From assembly GCA_050273025.1 (NCBI GenBank), contig CP158635.1, positions 4,402,001-4,466,000 on the forward strand: a stretch of DNA of 64,000 nucleotides, given 5' to 3'. Made by a program: the position numbers and the translations under genes. The notes beneath the pieces were generated by a model. The model had not been told where the DNA came from and ran no database searches. It saw only the letters and a list, made by a program, of their open reading frames with translations. This DNA is from Cenococcum geophilum. Its lineage: Eukaryota. This document shows, one piece after another, positions 38,208 to 51,202 of the stretch (the first letter of the stretch is position 1; each line of letters starts with the position of its first letter).

Positions 38208-41029
38208 CTACTCTAGGTCCTGGTTATTCATGCGGGCCTTCCTCCTTGAACTTTCCCACTCATTAAGAACGGCGTTAAATTCTCCTAGAAAATCATCAAG
38301 GTCTTATGACGGTCAGTGGGCAGCGATGACAGAATGACCGGAGTTCGTGGAAACGATGCAGGATTCGAGGGCAGCAATGTTTCAAAAGTAGAGAGTATAC
38401 TCACTTTCCTTGGTTGCAAACTCTAATTGCACTTCCTGATCCGCATTATAACTAGAAGTTTTGGAAAGATCGGTTGGGATGCCATGGGTGACGTCTATTT
38501 CGCGGACTGAGACTTTGTAGAGTCTCAGACCCGTATTTGAGGCTGTCACATCCCTTTGTGTATTATCGGATACTGGATCATCTCAGTAAGGGATAATATG
38601 CGATTAGAATAATTTAGATAATCGTACTGCATATGAGGAAGAGCTTTGAAGCTTGAGCAATAGCAATCCTCATAACGAAGGGTCGGGAGTTCATTCGCGG
38701 TTTTCCGGTTGCATTCCTGTCTGTCCAAATTTGGGATCGAGAATGGGTTATGCGGAACGAATCCCTTTTGACAAAGGGCAGCCAACCTATGTATGGTTTC
38801 TTCATGTCGAACCAAAATGAGGACACCTCGAATGACAGGCTGAAAGGGTCACATTAGCTGAAGCATTGGGGAGAAGAAAAGCAGTACCAAGCGATAGACC
38901 TCTCGTATGCGGAGGAAATTGTGAGCTAAAGCGAGGAGAGACTTACCATTCATGGACCGAATATCCTGTGAGTGCAGCCTGAAAATTGATTGTGTCTTCG
39001 AAAGTGAGCAGAATATGATGTTAGTTGAAGAGAAGGCGCGCTCACCACTCAGGGATCGAAACGAGTAGTGGTCCGTGTGTCTGTCTCCGAAAACAAGTGT
39101 GATGGTCATCGGACGGGTTTGGCATGTATTAAATCGTACAATTTCGTTGGCAGTACTTATACGGGTTTGGGGACTGTATTCATCTCGATGAACTACGGCG
39201 GTAGTCAGCGATGTAATATTCACATGAAGGTTTTCAGACAGAGACTAACTGAGAAAAGTATCATGAGGTATCTCCTGGGTTTGTTCGTCGATGTGGTACC
39301 TTTTCAGAATGACCAGTGGCGGGTTACCATGCCTGTAGAAGTAAAGTGCGCATTTCTTCTCACATTTATCGGAAGCATCGCCGAATTTGGCACATCTGGG
39401 AAGATCTAGTCAGTTAACACACCGTGAGACCCTGGGATGTGACAGGGACTACTTACAATCTCCGGTAATGACTCAAGTGGCTCGTTGGAATGGTTCCTGC
39501 CCAGGATCGTTGCCATACGTCGGGCTGACCGGTGGACTCTTGATCATATTCTGAGGCTTGATTGATAAAATGACGCAGCTGTTTCACCACTTCCGAGGCT
39601 GAAGGTCTCTGGTCTTCGGGGCCGAGCATCTGTTCTACTAGGCCGAAAAAGTCCCTGGTGTAAAATCGCATTTGCCAGGACGACAGCTCCCCACCATTCC
39701 CGCCTTTGTTCTGTTGCACCAGATTCAGAAGGGTTTTGTGTCTTTCCCTGACTGCTGCCTTCATCATCTTGTTCTTGTGAAAGCACGACCAATAGACCAT
39801 ATCCTCATTTTCCTGCGATCGTTCACTTCGGTATTCAATGAGAGCGTTTCTCTTTTGTGCATCAGAGGTCGCGACTTCAGACATCACGCACCCGAGTGAC
39901 CAGATATCGTACGCCGGGAAGCGTACATTTAGCTCGGGCGGAGAATATGCCCTTCCTGCCCAGAGGTCTTGATTTTCTGTGCTTTTGATACTATGTATAA
40001 GGCAGGAAGAACCAAAGTCTGCGAGTTTCAGCGTTTCATCATGAAGAAAAATATTCTGTGGCTTTATGTCTGAGTGAATCGTTACAGGGTCGTCATTGTG
40101 CAGGCACTCGAGGGCTTCGGTGATGCCAAGGATCTGCTTCCAGATTGACTCAGACGCGAGACCAGCAAAATCTTGCAAAAGTAGTATCTCAAGCGTGCTC
40201 TCGGCGTACAAGAAGAGAATTGAGAAGGTGTCCCCATGGATAAAAGCGCCCAATGCCTGCATGAAATGAGGATGATATTTCTGATTGATATGTAGGAGTG
40301 CCTTCCACTCCTTGCGCGCAAAGCCAAAATTGTGGCGAGCGAAAACTTTACGAGCAAAAAAAGGGAGCTGCAGAAGGCTGTCAGTAAATGCTCGCTCAGC
40401 AAAGTGGGAGAGAATACCTTCTGCTCCTTCATCCAGATCCGCTGGTATTCCGGATAAGGGAAAGAGGATTTGTAGACACTGCCAAACTGGCCAGAGCCAA
40501 TCGGATCACTGTCTTCTTCAATCGGCACCACTTCCTTTGATTGATAGACCATAGCCTGCGGGGACATTACCAAAGGTCGAATCTGGAATCTCCATTGATC
40601 GCGCAATATGCTGTCTTGAAGAAATGTTGCATCGTTGAGCGCTGATAAGAATGCCAGGTCTATAGCATTCAAGAACCGGTCACCATCTAATCTGACCTCT
40701 TCCCGAATGAACCTCCCAATCAAAGTTGGTCTTTTGTGATAAATCAGCAGAGCGTAGATTAGTAGATAATCTTCTAGAAGCCTTCTTTCAATGTTTACAA
40801 TTTGATCGATGCGGTTGTCGGTGCCATACTCGGCGCGGGAGTAGCGTTTGCAATTTGCGCATTCACAGAGAAAGATATCCTTGGCGGATAGCCCTCGAAA
40901 AAATTCGATTATAATGCTCTTTGGAAAGTAGAAGTCTGGAGCGCCTGGAAATGCATTATTGAACTGCACCTTTCTATCGTGCAGAGCCAGGCGCGCACGT
41001 TCGCACCGAGGATCTGAATGTTCCTCCAT
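38208..41029 (-). CDS. Ser/Thr protein kinase (non-RD) with N-terminal extension and long multi-exon C-terminal region
   Basis: IGSGQFGSVY, FARKVF, IHSDIKPQN, LADFG, YSPPE, DIWSLGC. The last exons splice in frame to a stop at 38208. Start and internal C-terminal exons are less certain. Confidence 0.85.
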
Positions 41030-41970
41030 AAGAACCGGAACTCTTGAAGTTTCCTTAAGTCGAACGGCATTCTAATGAGCGAAGCGTCCGAAAGGGGTAT
41101 TGGTCTGATTGGATCAGATGTAGTAGTGATAGTTTCCAATGTGCGAATTAATATTGGGATAGATTAAAACGGGACGATGGGATGAATTAGACCCTGCAAG
41201 AGGTGTATAGTGACAATGGTCGCGTGGCTGAAGCTTCGGTCTGTGCCCTTCCGAGGGTCTGTGCGTCGGGGTATAAATACGTCTGACAAGGTCTTAAGGT
41301 GACGACACCTGGGCAGCTGGGTTTCGATCAGAACGGCAAAGTAAGGAAAGACCTTTCCTATCTCTTCGCCATCTGTTTAGATCGAAGGCATCCGGGCGAG
41401 TGAGTGTCTCAAGCATCGAGGTCGCCCCGACGCTCCATTTAAGAAATGGTGTGGAGTGGAGAAGAATTGGAGCAAAGTTGAACCTCTCGTTGGCCGGCTG
41501 TCAAGAGTCCGCTATGAATTGCTGGCTAACTTTGGTCTGTTCTGGCCTCTGAATCAGAGTGGGGCTTAGACCGGTCAAGATCTGCCTCGAGAGGCAGATT
41601 TGAAGGACCATTTCCTTGTGATCTTAACGATTTCATGTTCTGCATCATCTGCGCACTCTGCTTGGGGCCTCAGTTGCCCAAGGCCAATCAACTTCTCTGC
41701 CTCATACGATGCGCCTCGAGAGCTTTAATTCTTGCTGGCCTGATGGAAAGGACTCCAGGCTGGTAGGCCGAAATTGCAATAAACAGGAATAGGAGCTTCC
41801 CGAGGATTCAACCTCACCAGGCTTAGAAGGCAAGTCGTCTTCTAGCTTGTTTACCTTTACGCTTCGTTCTGATTGCAAACCTGATGCCAAAGGCGTGAAA
41901 TGGTTTTGCGCGTCATTCCAATTTGAGTTTTCCGCATACTTGACCGGGAAAGACTCTTCCCAGGTTCGCC

Positions 41971-42050
41971 CTTACCTCAGCAGACTCAGACGCATAGAAT
42001 CAATTAGCGGACAAATGTATATTCGCAAGCGGATATCGCTAACCTTTTTT
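41971..42050 (+). repeat. ~80-bp repeat, inverted copy of 26611-26688
   Basis: cttacctcagcagactcagacgcatagaatcaattagcggacaaatgtatattcgcaagcggatatcgctaacctttttt. Confidence 0.9.
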
Positions 42051-42644
42051 CTTCAGCCCCCTTTCTCCAGCTTGTACAGCGTCATAGGGCCAATTAAGCG
42101 CCCTACCCCAAAGAACCAAAGCTAAACGGAAACCGATAGCTGCGGCGCCAACTCACCATAGGTAACACCCACATGGTATGCCTAGCGTACATCAAGAGTG
42201 GGAAACAGCGGACGTGGCAAGCCATCAAATGTGAAAGCTAAAGTCTATGGATGAACCCGGGCCGCTTTCTACAGAACATTACCACTCAAGAAAGACTACC
42301 GAGGCCCTTCAGGTGTGCCCGCCGGCCCAAAACGTTATTCTTTGCATTTATAAAGCACTTTAAGGTCCGCACGTCCTTTCTGCATCAACCCGAGACTTAA
42401 GAATAATCGCCGAGGTCCTCCGGACAAGCAGGTCTGTTAGAATACTTTTGACGATATCCACCTATAATGTCGAGAGCAATGCATTAAACGTTGTAGGCAT
42501 ATTTGGACGGAAATTTCGGTGAGTACCCTATACATTTTGGGTTTGCGCTGAGCTCGCATTCTCGCTTCGAGTGATTAGCGGAGGAGGTGTTATTATATAT
42601 TACAATAGTACAGGGACCCCGCATTTCTTAAACGGTTAGTCGCT

Positions 42645-44634
42645 CTATAAAGACGTTGACTTTTTCCATATGATCATAAACGCTGCTGTGGCACCCAAAA
42701 TTACGCCCAGCGCAACGTAAAGGTTGGTCCGGTCAACGGGTTCGTCATCCTGCTTTGGGAAAGCAGTTGATGGATAAGTGGCAGACTCAGCCAGCTGTAA
42801 TCTGTCAATTGTACAAACGGGTATAAGTTGAGCAACGGAATACTTACGTGAACAAACAACTCAGAGATGCTGCTCCAGGTCGCACTAACATGTAGTGGCG
42901 CCGCCATGTTTAGAGCGCTCGTGTACTCATCCGGTTGCTGTTCACACCTTTGCATGGTCTTATCCTGGTCCGCTTTAAGAGCGGTATAAACTGCTGGCAA
43001 ACCATCCAGTTGTGGGTACCTCTTCCTCAACTCAACAATGTGTGCAAAACTGTCGGGCTCGCTGGAGTCATAAGTGTAGCAGAGAAGATCGCAAGCGTCA
43101 AGCTTCGCCTGGTTCTCCAAGATTGCCGGTTCTAATTCCCCGAGCTCCTCAATAATCAAATAGCACTGCTTACCTCCCTTCAACTCTACACTGTTGACGG
43201 CAGAACGGGGTTTGATGGTTGGGTGGTAGGTTTGGCTGAATGGCCTGTTGAGAAATGCGGATAGGAGAGCGCTCTTCCCAGTACCACTGGCACCTAGCAC
43301 ATAACATAGGAAGACATTCCGTTCAACCCTGCTGGGCTTGTTACGCCGTTTCCGAGCCTTGGTAACTTTAAGAGCGGCGGTGGTACCTCCTCGGTCCGAA
43401 CTCTCAAAGCCAAGATACGCTAGATACTCTAAAGTTGTTTTAGGTTCTTCAAAAGTAGTCATGCTCCATTGCGCTAGCCAGCCCTGGAGAGTGATATAAC
43501 CGGCTTCGTTTCGGACCGTGCATGAGGGAAAGGCAGAATCAATCCATGAAGGAGGCACTCCTGGTGTTGGAGCAAACAAAGCGGCAAGCTCGGAATCATT
43601 CAATCCTCCATCGTTATCTTTGTCAAAAAGTAAAAATAGGTCCACAAAAAATCGGTAACCAGTGGGGCTTAACTCCGCGGAAGAGTACTGTGGAACTTCA
43701 AATTTCGGATGTAAAAATGTATCCTTTAGACTGAGGCTGTCGGTGTAGTGGAATTTCCTCAAAATAATCCAGATGGTTTCGTGACGACCCTTTTCCGCAA
43801 ATATTTTGTTCAGCAACAAGAAACCTCTTTCGTCAATCCCCCGATCGTTCGCCGATTCCGGCGCGAGCCGTTGGATGGACCGTTTGATATTGGATAGATC
43901 GTCTTCTCCGAGTGGCTTTTCGAAGCATTTGATTTGAAACCCAAGCAGTTCCTCATCATTCAGATAGCCATCCTTATCTTTGTCGCAGAGATGGAACGCC
44001 CGTTGTAAAGCAGATACAGCGGCTGGTTTGAGAGCGGCTTCCTTGGAGTCATATAGCGGGGCGATGGGGTGGGTAACCGCCTTTTGGCAGAGGAAGAAAA
44101 CTTCGTTGATGTTGTGGTGCTCTTTGGCACTGGTTCGTATGCAGGAATCAATTTCCTTGAATTCATTCATGACCGGGAGCATCTCATCAGATACCACTTG
44201 AGACGTCGTTCCATTGGACTGGAGCTCCGACTTGTTCGCGCAAAGCACGACCGGTACGTTGACGCCCAGAGAGCGGAAGTATGGCATCCAAAAAAGTGCC
44301 ACGCGCTCATAGCTGTAATGGTCCGAGTATACTAGTAAAATGACGTTGGACTTGCGCAATTCTTTTCGAAGGATATGCCGTTCATGTGGGAGAGCGGAAG
44401 TATCGACAATGATGGTGGTGACATTGTCTGGTGTCCCGAGGGTGGGTGGGAGCGTTACTTGGGGGAGGACTGGTTGGATTTTGGTGGTAACGAAGACATC
44501 TTTGACGAGCGAGGTGATGATGGAGCTCTTGCCCACCCCTTCATCACCGCAAACACAGATCCGGACTGTGACAGCGGAGAAGTCAGTCATAGTGGGGGAC
44601 ACTGCTCGAGTGGTTCGCAGTTACCAGTTGCCAT
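42645..44634 (-). CDS. gem1: Mitochondrial Rho GTPase (Miro)
   Basis: [15 protein letters not shown]ase, two EF hands, second GTPase and a C-terminal TM in the last exon. 10-nt first exon ATGGCAACTG. Confidence 0.97.
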
Positions 44635-45296
44635 GCTTTGAGTGCATCTTTAGACCATCGCCCCGCGCCGCAAAAGAAGGATCCGGGTGATTAGAGCTAT
44701 TCGTGCTAAAGGAAGCTATTCGCAAACAGGAAACAAGGTCAACCGTCTCGCACAGATGATGGGTGGAAGTTCGTTCACTTCAACGTCGTGGGATGCGAAA
44801 TGAAGTCGCGGGCATGGGTCTCTTGCTAGACCTGCAGGGTGAGGAGGTGCTGTCACGCCACGTGCGTCGCGCGCTCGGTAGCCCGACGGTTCAGCGCCGT
44901 TGGATTGGACTTGGGGATCTATCGAGGCCAAACGACTGGGGTTACATCGAATATCGCTTTTGTGGCGGCGCTCTACCCCGAAAAACCACTCTCCTAACGC
45001 GGTCGCACTCCGCATTTTGCCCAAATCCCGGGCAAATTCTTTACCAGCATCGCATCCTTCAGCTAGACGGCCTTTCTGTATTAGCCGCTCCAGATTCGGG
45101 GCCCCATAGTGGCACATGCGGGCCAGGAAGACACATACATACCGCATCCAAACCCCACATCCCCAGAGGGATTTACAGTCCTGAGCTCCATGGTCCAACT
45201 ATCGTGAAGCCAGGTTGGCTCTTTTGTGTGCGTAGAGAGAGCGTAGGGCAAGCCGACCGCATTCAGGAAGCTTGACGCCAAGTCCCGATTTGTGCC

Positions 45297-47733
45297 ATGT
45301 TGTAAGTGCCACAACCACCGTTGGTCAGCTAGACCCAATCATGCCACCCCAGAATGCGCAGAGGCTGATATGAACACTTCTGTTCTGCAGCGTCCTTCCT
45401 CCTCCGCCGAGATATCCTGCTGCAGCGTACCCGGGCGCTGCTGGGGGCGGCCCACCTATCGAGACGAACAATATTCTAACCCACCCAACTAGCCCTGAAC
45501 ATCAGCTGGTTGTGGGCGAAGGTAGCTCTCCGATCGATCGCATTAATGTTCTTAACAGCTTTCTTATGTCCTTATCATGATAGGCACCTATATTCTTCGG
45601 GACGACCTTCACTTGGCAACGCCTCCACCTCATCCTTCAGAAGCTCCTATACATAACCCGAATCCTCTTGCGACAACCATATCACCACCAACAGCAGGCA
45701 CCAAGCTCTCGCTACTCGTTCTCGCGCCGCGACAACTCTCCCAGCCCCAACTGTATCGAGTTGACACAACGAACAGCACTAGGTCGCAAGTCCCGCCGAG
45801 CATACAGGAAAGCCCGCATGAAGGGCAAAGTCAGGCCAGTGACACTGCCTCTCACACAAAGACAAATGGAGTCGCACCACCGGGGACATTCCACGCGCCA
45901 GTCTTTGGGGAGGGAAATCCACATCTGTCGGTTCTAAATGGCAAGGATTCGAAAGATCCTCTGAAACGGCGGAAACCGAAGAGTAACATCATCAAAAGTA
46001 ATTCGTCATTCGTATCGAGAGTCATCCCTCATGAGGCTTTATCGCGGCGATTACAAGAACACGATCCCAGTGGTCTATATGCTTTCGCAAACATCAACAG
46101 AGCGCTCCAATGGCTAGACCTGTCCTCGCCGTCAAAGGTGGGTAAAACTCAATCCAACACTATAAAGATTATTGGATTAACCGTGTGATATAGGAAGAGC
46201 ACATGACCAAGATCCTTTTCACCAAAGCGCATGCTCTCTGTCATGATATTAACCCCATCACAAAATGCGCCAACCATGTGGACTTTATCATGGGCTTCTC
46301 CACCGGAGATATCATATGGTACGAGCCGATGTCGCAGAAATATGCCAGGATAAACAAAAACGTAAGCAATTGAGGAGATCTACGTGGGTGCGCCTTTGGA
46401 AAAAGCAATTCTAACACGTCTTTAGGGTGCTATCAATCCATCACCAATATCAGACATTCGGTGGCTGCCCAACAACGAGAGCCTTTTCTTAGCAGCACAT
46501 GTGGATGGAACGCTTGTAGTCTACGATAAGGAGAAAGAGGATGCACCATTTGTGGCAGAAGAGCGAGCTGCATCATCGGAAAAAGCGTCGAGTGAGAGCG
46601 AGCGTAAAGTCGCCCTGCAAATTAAAAAATCCGTCCAGTCAAAAAGCCAGAAAACCAACCCGGTTGCATGTTGGAAAGTGTCCAATTCTAAAATTAACGC
46701 CTTTGCTTTCTCTCCAGATTCTCGACATCTTGCTGTCGTCTCTGAAGACGGCAGTCTGAGAATCATTGATTTCCTTAAAGAGCAGTAAGTGATGGACATG
46801 GCTCGACAACTTCAAATACTCATACTTACACGACCCTAGGCTGCTTGATCTGTACACTAGCTATTACGGAGGAATAATGTGTGTTTGCTGGTCACCGGAC
46901 GGGAGATATATAGTTACCGGAGGGCAAGATGACCTCGTTTCAATCTGGTCCCTCGAGGATAGCATGCTAGTTGCTCGGTGCCAAGGGCACAACTCTTGGG
47001 TGACCGCAGTGGCCTTTGATCCGTGGCGATGCGACGAGCGCAATTACCGGATCGGCAGTGTCGGTGAAGACTGCAGGCTTCTTTTATGGGACTTTAGTGT
47101 CGGAATGTTGCATAGACCTAGAGCGGTATGTTCGCGTGGAACCATGGCTTGAGACATGTCACTGACCAAGGTGTTGGGAGTCAGGCATCGGTGCGTCAGC
47201 GAGGAAGCGTAACTTCTGCAACGTTCAAGATCCAACGAACTCGCGCGGACGGGTCCACGAGTCGACTTCGCTCAAACTCCAACCTCACGTCTGCGAGCTT
47301 GGCTGGAGAGGACGTTATCCACCCGGTGGAACCGCGGGCATGCACTGCCATGTTACCTCCTGTTATGGTAAGGCCCGTGATAACGACAGGAAAAGTCTTC
47401 TGTTAACCAGACGAACAGGCGAAGCGTGTGGACGAGCATCCGCTCTGCTGGCTGGGATTTGAGGAAAGTTGCATAATCACATCGTGCAACAGTGGTGAGT
47501 GAATTTTTTCTTTGTCGATGTGCTTATTTTGTTGGGTTAAGGCGACCCGCCTTGATGCAGGAACCGTGCCACAGGCCTGGATGTGGCTCTGACTCCAGCT
47601 CTGGCTGACGACTTTTCTTCTAGGTCATCTCCGAACATGGGATCGTCCTAAGGAGGGCACAGGGAGCGATGATGGAGAACTTTCGACAACGTCTGCGAGT
47701 GCCAGTGCGAGCGCAGGGGCGAGCAATGCGTAG
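45297..47733 (+). CDS. creC: WD40 catabolite repression protein CreC
   Basis: [11 protein letters not shown] (5-nt first exon), [24 protein letters not shown] and WD repeats ([29 protein letters not shown]). Confidence 0.93.
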
Positions 47734-49174
47734 GCTCGAATTATATCCTGTTTTGTTCCCGTCGATAGACCATGCGTCGACCTTCTGGAATTGGGTAAAA
47801 ACATGGTTTGACCCGGTATTTTCCGAATCACATGCCTAGCTATTCTTCGTCGTTCAGCCCTAGCATGGCTTGCCGTGGCTTACCATGGCCAACTGTACAT
47901 TACTGTTTTTACTAGAGGTTCTGTTTCTCGGCAGCTTTGTATGAAATAGTTTGGGCGCTGCGTGGCTTTTTTGACATTTAGGCACCGATGTACTGAGAAA
48001 GGAAAATATCTTCTGGGGGGCGCTTCTCTCCACCAATGCTGCAGCAGATTGATTAAGAGGCAGACCCACGAATAATGGAACGTGCGGTGAATGCTCGGCT
48101 CGGTACTGCTGCGTTCACGCAAACGACGGCTATGGTTTTTTCCGATTTCGCAATCTTTCCTAAAATCAGAGGGTGGTGTTGATCGGAATGGGTACCGGCC
48201 ACACTGCCTGATGAAACTGAAGGTAGCCAGGACAAGAGCTGGAGTGCTTTCATTAAAGCTTCGCCACGTCTGATGTGACCGGGAAAAATCGCTGAGACCT
48301 CGGCAATAAAGAGCGCATGTTGGAAAAACACCTAGGTTGGCGAGCTGAAGCGGAGCTCAACGCTTTCTATCAGATCACTAAATAGGCATGGCGCCAGATA
48401 TATATGAGAGGCTCTATGAGGAAGAATCTATGGAGCTCGATCGCTCGAGAAGATATCTACTGGTCCGTGCACGTCGCCGAGCTCAACAGACTGCCCGCCT
48501 ACCCCTACCAACACTTTCTTTGCGAACGGCTTTTCAAGGTCAAGCTTGATTGAGGTAAGTTAAATGGCACCAGCAGCATAACCGATTCCCGTCGATCAGA
48601 TTCACAAGCTTTTGTGGACGCCAACGTTAGTCGGCCTGTGGTTCGGCAGCGGCATATGCTAAAGAATGAGCTCATCGTGAAGTAACAGTCATCGCACAAC
48701 ACAGGGCTCGCTGACAGGTTGACACACAAAAAGCCCCCTTCCCCCTTGAGAGGGCTGTTCATGCGGATTTGTATGCCTTGCAGGATTTTGTTGCACCGAA
48801 TTGTTGCATAGCCACCCTGAGCAAATAAGCATCGATAATCTCGCATCAGCCCACTCGCACGTCAGTCTCTGGTCGTTGGTGCTGCAAACGAACGGCTCTC
48901 GGCATTACTTTCTTTGTCCTGCCGCCCAGTTTGCCGAACCATTCCTTCTTGTAAAGTTCCCGTCCAACGCCGCAGCGTTCCGGCAACCTGGCTCCTTAGT
49001 GCGCAGCCTGCATTAACGGGTCTAATGGGCGTGGGATGATTACCAGGTTGGAGCTATCCAATGACTCCCTCCAGGTTAGTCGTGCCGTCCGCAGCATTGC
49101 CTTATTTTACACAACCGCCCTCGTACCTCCATGTAGTCGAGTTTTGACCTCCTTGTGAACCTTTTTCTGCAATC

Positions 49175-51202
49175 ATGGTCCGAACTGCTGCTGGAGTTTT
49201 TGGCGGAGGGAATTCGAAACCTACTCTCGAAATAAAGTATGCTCCTCCGGGGCACTTCTACAACGGAAAAACAAAAACTAACTGAACCCCAGGCCAGACT
49301 CCCCTTTTGTCGTCTTCTATGGCCTACCCTCTGAAGCCCAACCGGCCGAGCTCACCGGCAAGCTCGTGCTCACAAGCGCCGAGTCCATGCCTGTACGGAG
49401 CATAAAAATGACGTTATGTGGCATGCGGAAAGTCTCGTACGGTACCACCACGAAACTCGTGTGAGGAGTAAGCCAGGCTAACTGCGTCGTCTCTGCAGAT
49501 GGATGACAAACACGGTTACTCCACAGCCGATTGTTTCGAGAAGAACCTTTATGAAGCAAGAGTTGAATCTCTTTCCTGCTGACGGACTCAAAAACAAAGC
49601 GCACAAGATCAATCCGGGCGTCCACGAATGGTCGTTCAGGTTCCAGATTCCGAACGATACGGACGAGAGCGTCGAGGGGCTTGTCGGAAACTACATCTTC
49701 TACAACCTGAATGCAACCGTGGACAGAGGCTACATTAGCAAGCAGATCTCTGCCACAAAGCATGTTAGGGTTGTTAGGACACTGGGGCAAGACTTGATGG
49801 AGTCACTGCCCATGGAGCAGGTAAGGTTGCAGGCGGAACTTTAGTTGTGCATGCAGCTGACGGGGTGCTCTACAGATCAACGAAGACATTTGGGCTTCAA
49901 AATTAGCGTACAAGATCACCGTCCCGCAGAAAAATTACATTGTGGGAACCGCAATCACAGCTGACTTTGTATTGGTCCCTTTACGCAAAGGGGTAGAAAT
50001 CGGCGTGATCAAAATGGAGGTGGTGGAGCACATGTTCCTCAGTAGCGACTATGTCGGGCGTTCTATATCACATTCCCGCGAGCATGTTGTTGCGAGCATG
50101 GAGAGTGGAATGCCCTCTGATTCAGCGCACGTTGTCCCTGAGGGCGTGGAAGAAGCGGATCAATTATTTGACGAGTCGCACCGATTCCAGATGACGCTCG
50201 ATTTACCAAAGTCATTGAAACAATGCCGGCAGTCAGCTGATACTGACTACATCAAAATCGTCCACAAATTGAGGTTATATGTGAATCTTCATAATCCTGA
50301 AGGTCACACAAGTCAGGTCAGTTCGAGAGTGACGTTATCTACCACGTTCATACAGTGCTGACTTTACCTAGCTTTTGGTCAAAAACCATCTTCATCTTTT
50401 CATATCGCCAAATCTTCCTCCTGGAGAGGATCAAAGTGTATTAGTAGATCGTAACATTCTTTCTTCCAACGCTATGCGTGACGAGGCGTATCAGACTGCC
50501 CCACCGACATACGGACTACATCAGCTCGACGAACTGTACAACGGTATCGACACTAGCGGCTTTGTGACCCCTGGACCCCGTGGAAGCGCGGGTAACAGCG
50601 GCGGCAACACTCCTTTCTACAGTCAGAGTCGGAGCGGCTCAAGTGAAGATATTCCAGCTACACTTGGCGCTGTTGCTCAGGAAAACGGGAACGGTGCATC
50701 CGCGAGCGCGCTGCACTCCCGTTTAAGCAGCCTGAGCATGAATATCAACCGAACCACCCTCTTCGCTCCTGCCTGGGGTTCATATCACTCTTCAGGAGGA
50801 AGCACGCCTCATAGCACCACGGACGAAAGCTACACGGCGTCGTCAAGCAACTCACACTCGTGGCACGGGTCCATCAGGGGCTATTTCGGCGACCACGTGA
50901 CGGGAGCGGACGACTACCCGCACGCCGAGTACGATATGGAAGCACTGATCAGGACGCCGTCATATAACACGGCGGTGCGGACGCCAGTGCGCACGCCCAT
51001 CAGCGAAGACCTGCCCACGTATGAGATTGCGACCAGCAGGCCCACAAGCCCGCTGCAGCACTTGCGCAGCGGCAACGGCAGCCCCCCACCCACGCGCAGC
51101 CTCGACACGCTGACGGAGGAGACGGAGCGCAACACGCAGCCCAACCCGCGGCGTGCCTCGCCCGCACGCTCGGGATCGAGGTCGTCGGGCGAGCAGAGGT
51201 AA
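49175..51202 (+). CDS. Alpha-arrestin, CreD/ApyA/Rod1 family (HECT ligase adaptor)
   Basis: Arrestin N (ESVEGL...YNL.ATVDRG...KHVRVVRTL) and C (HKL..YVNLHNPEGHTSQL) domains; PPTY, PSY and LPTY motifs. Orthology to creD versus its paralog is unresolved. Confidence 0.88.
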
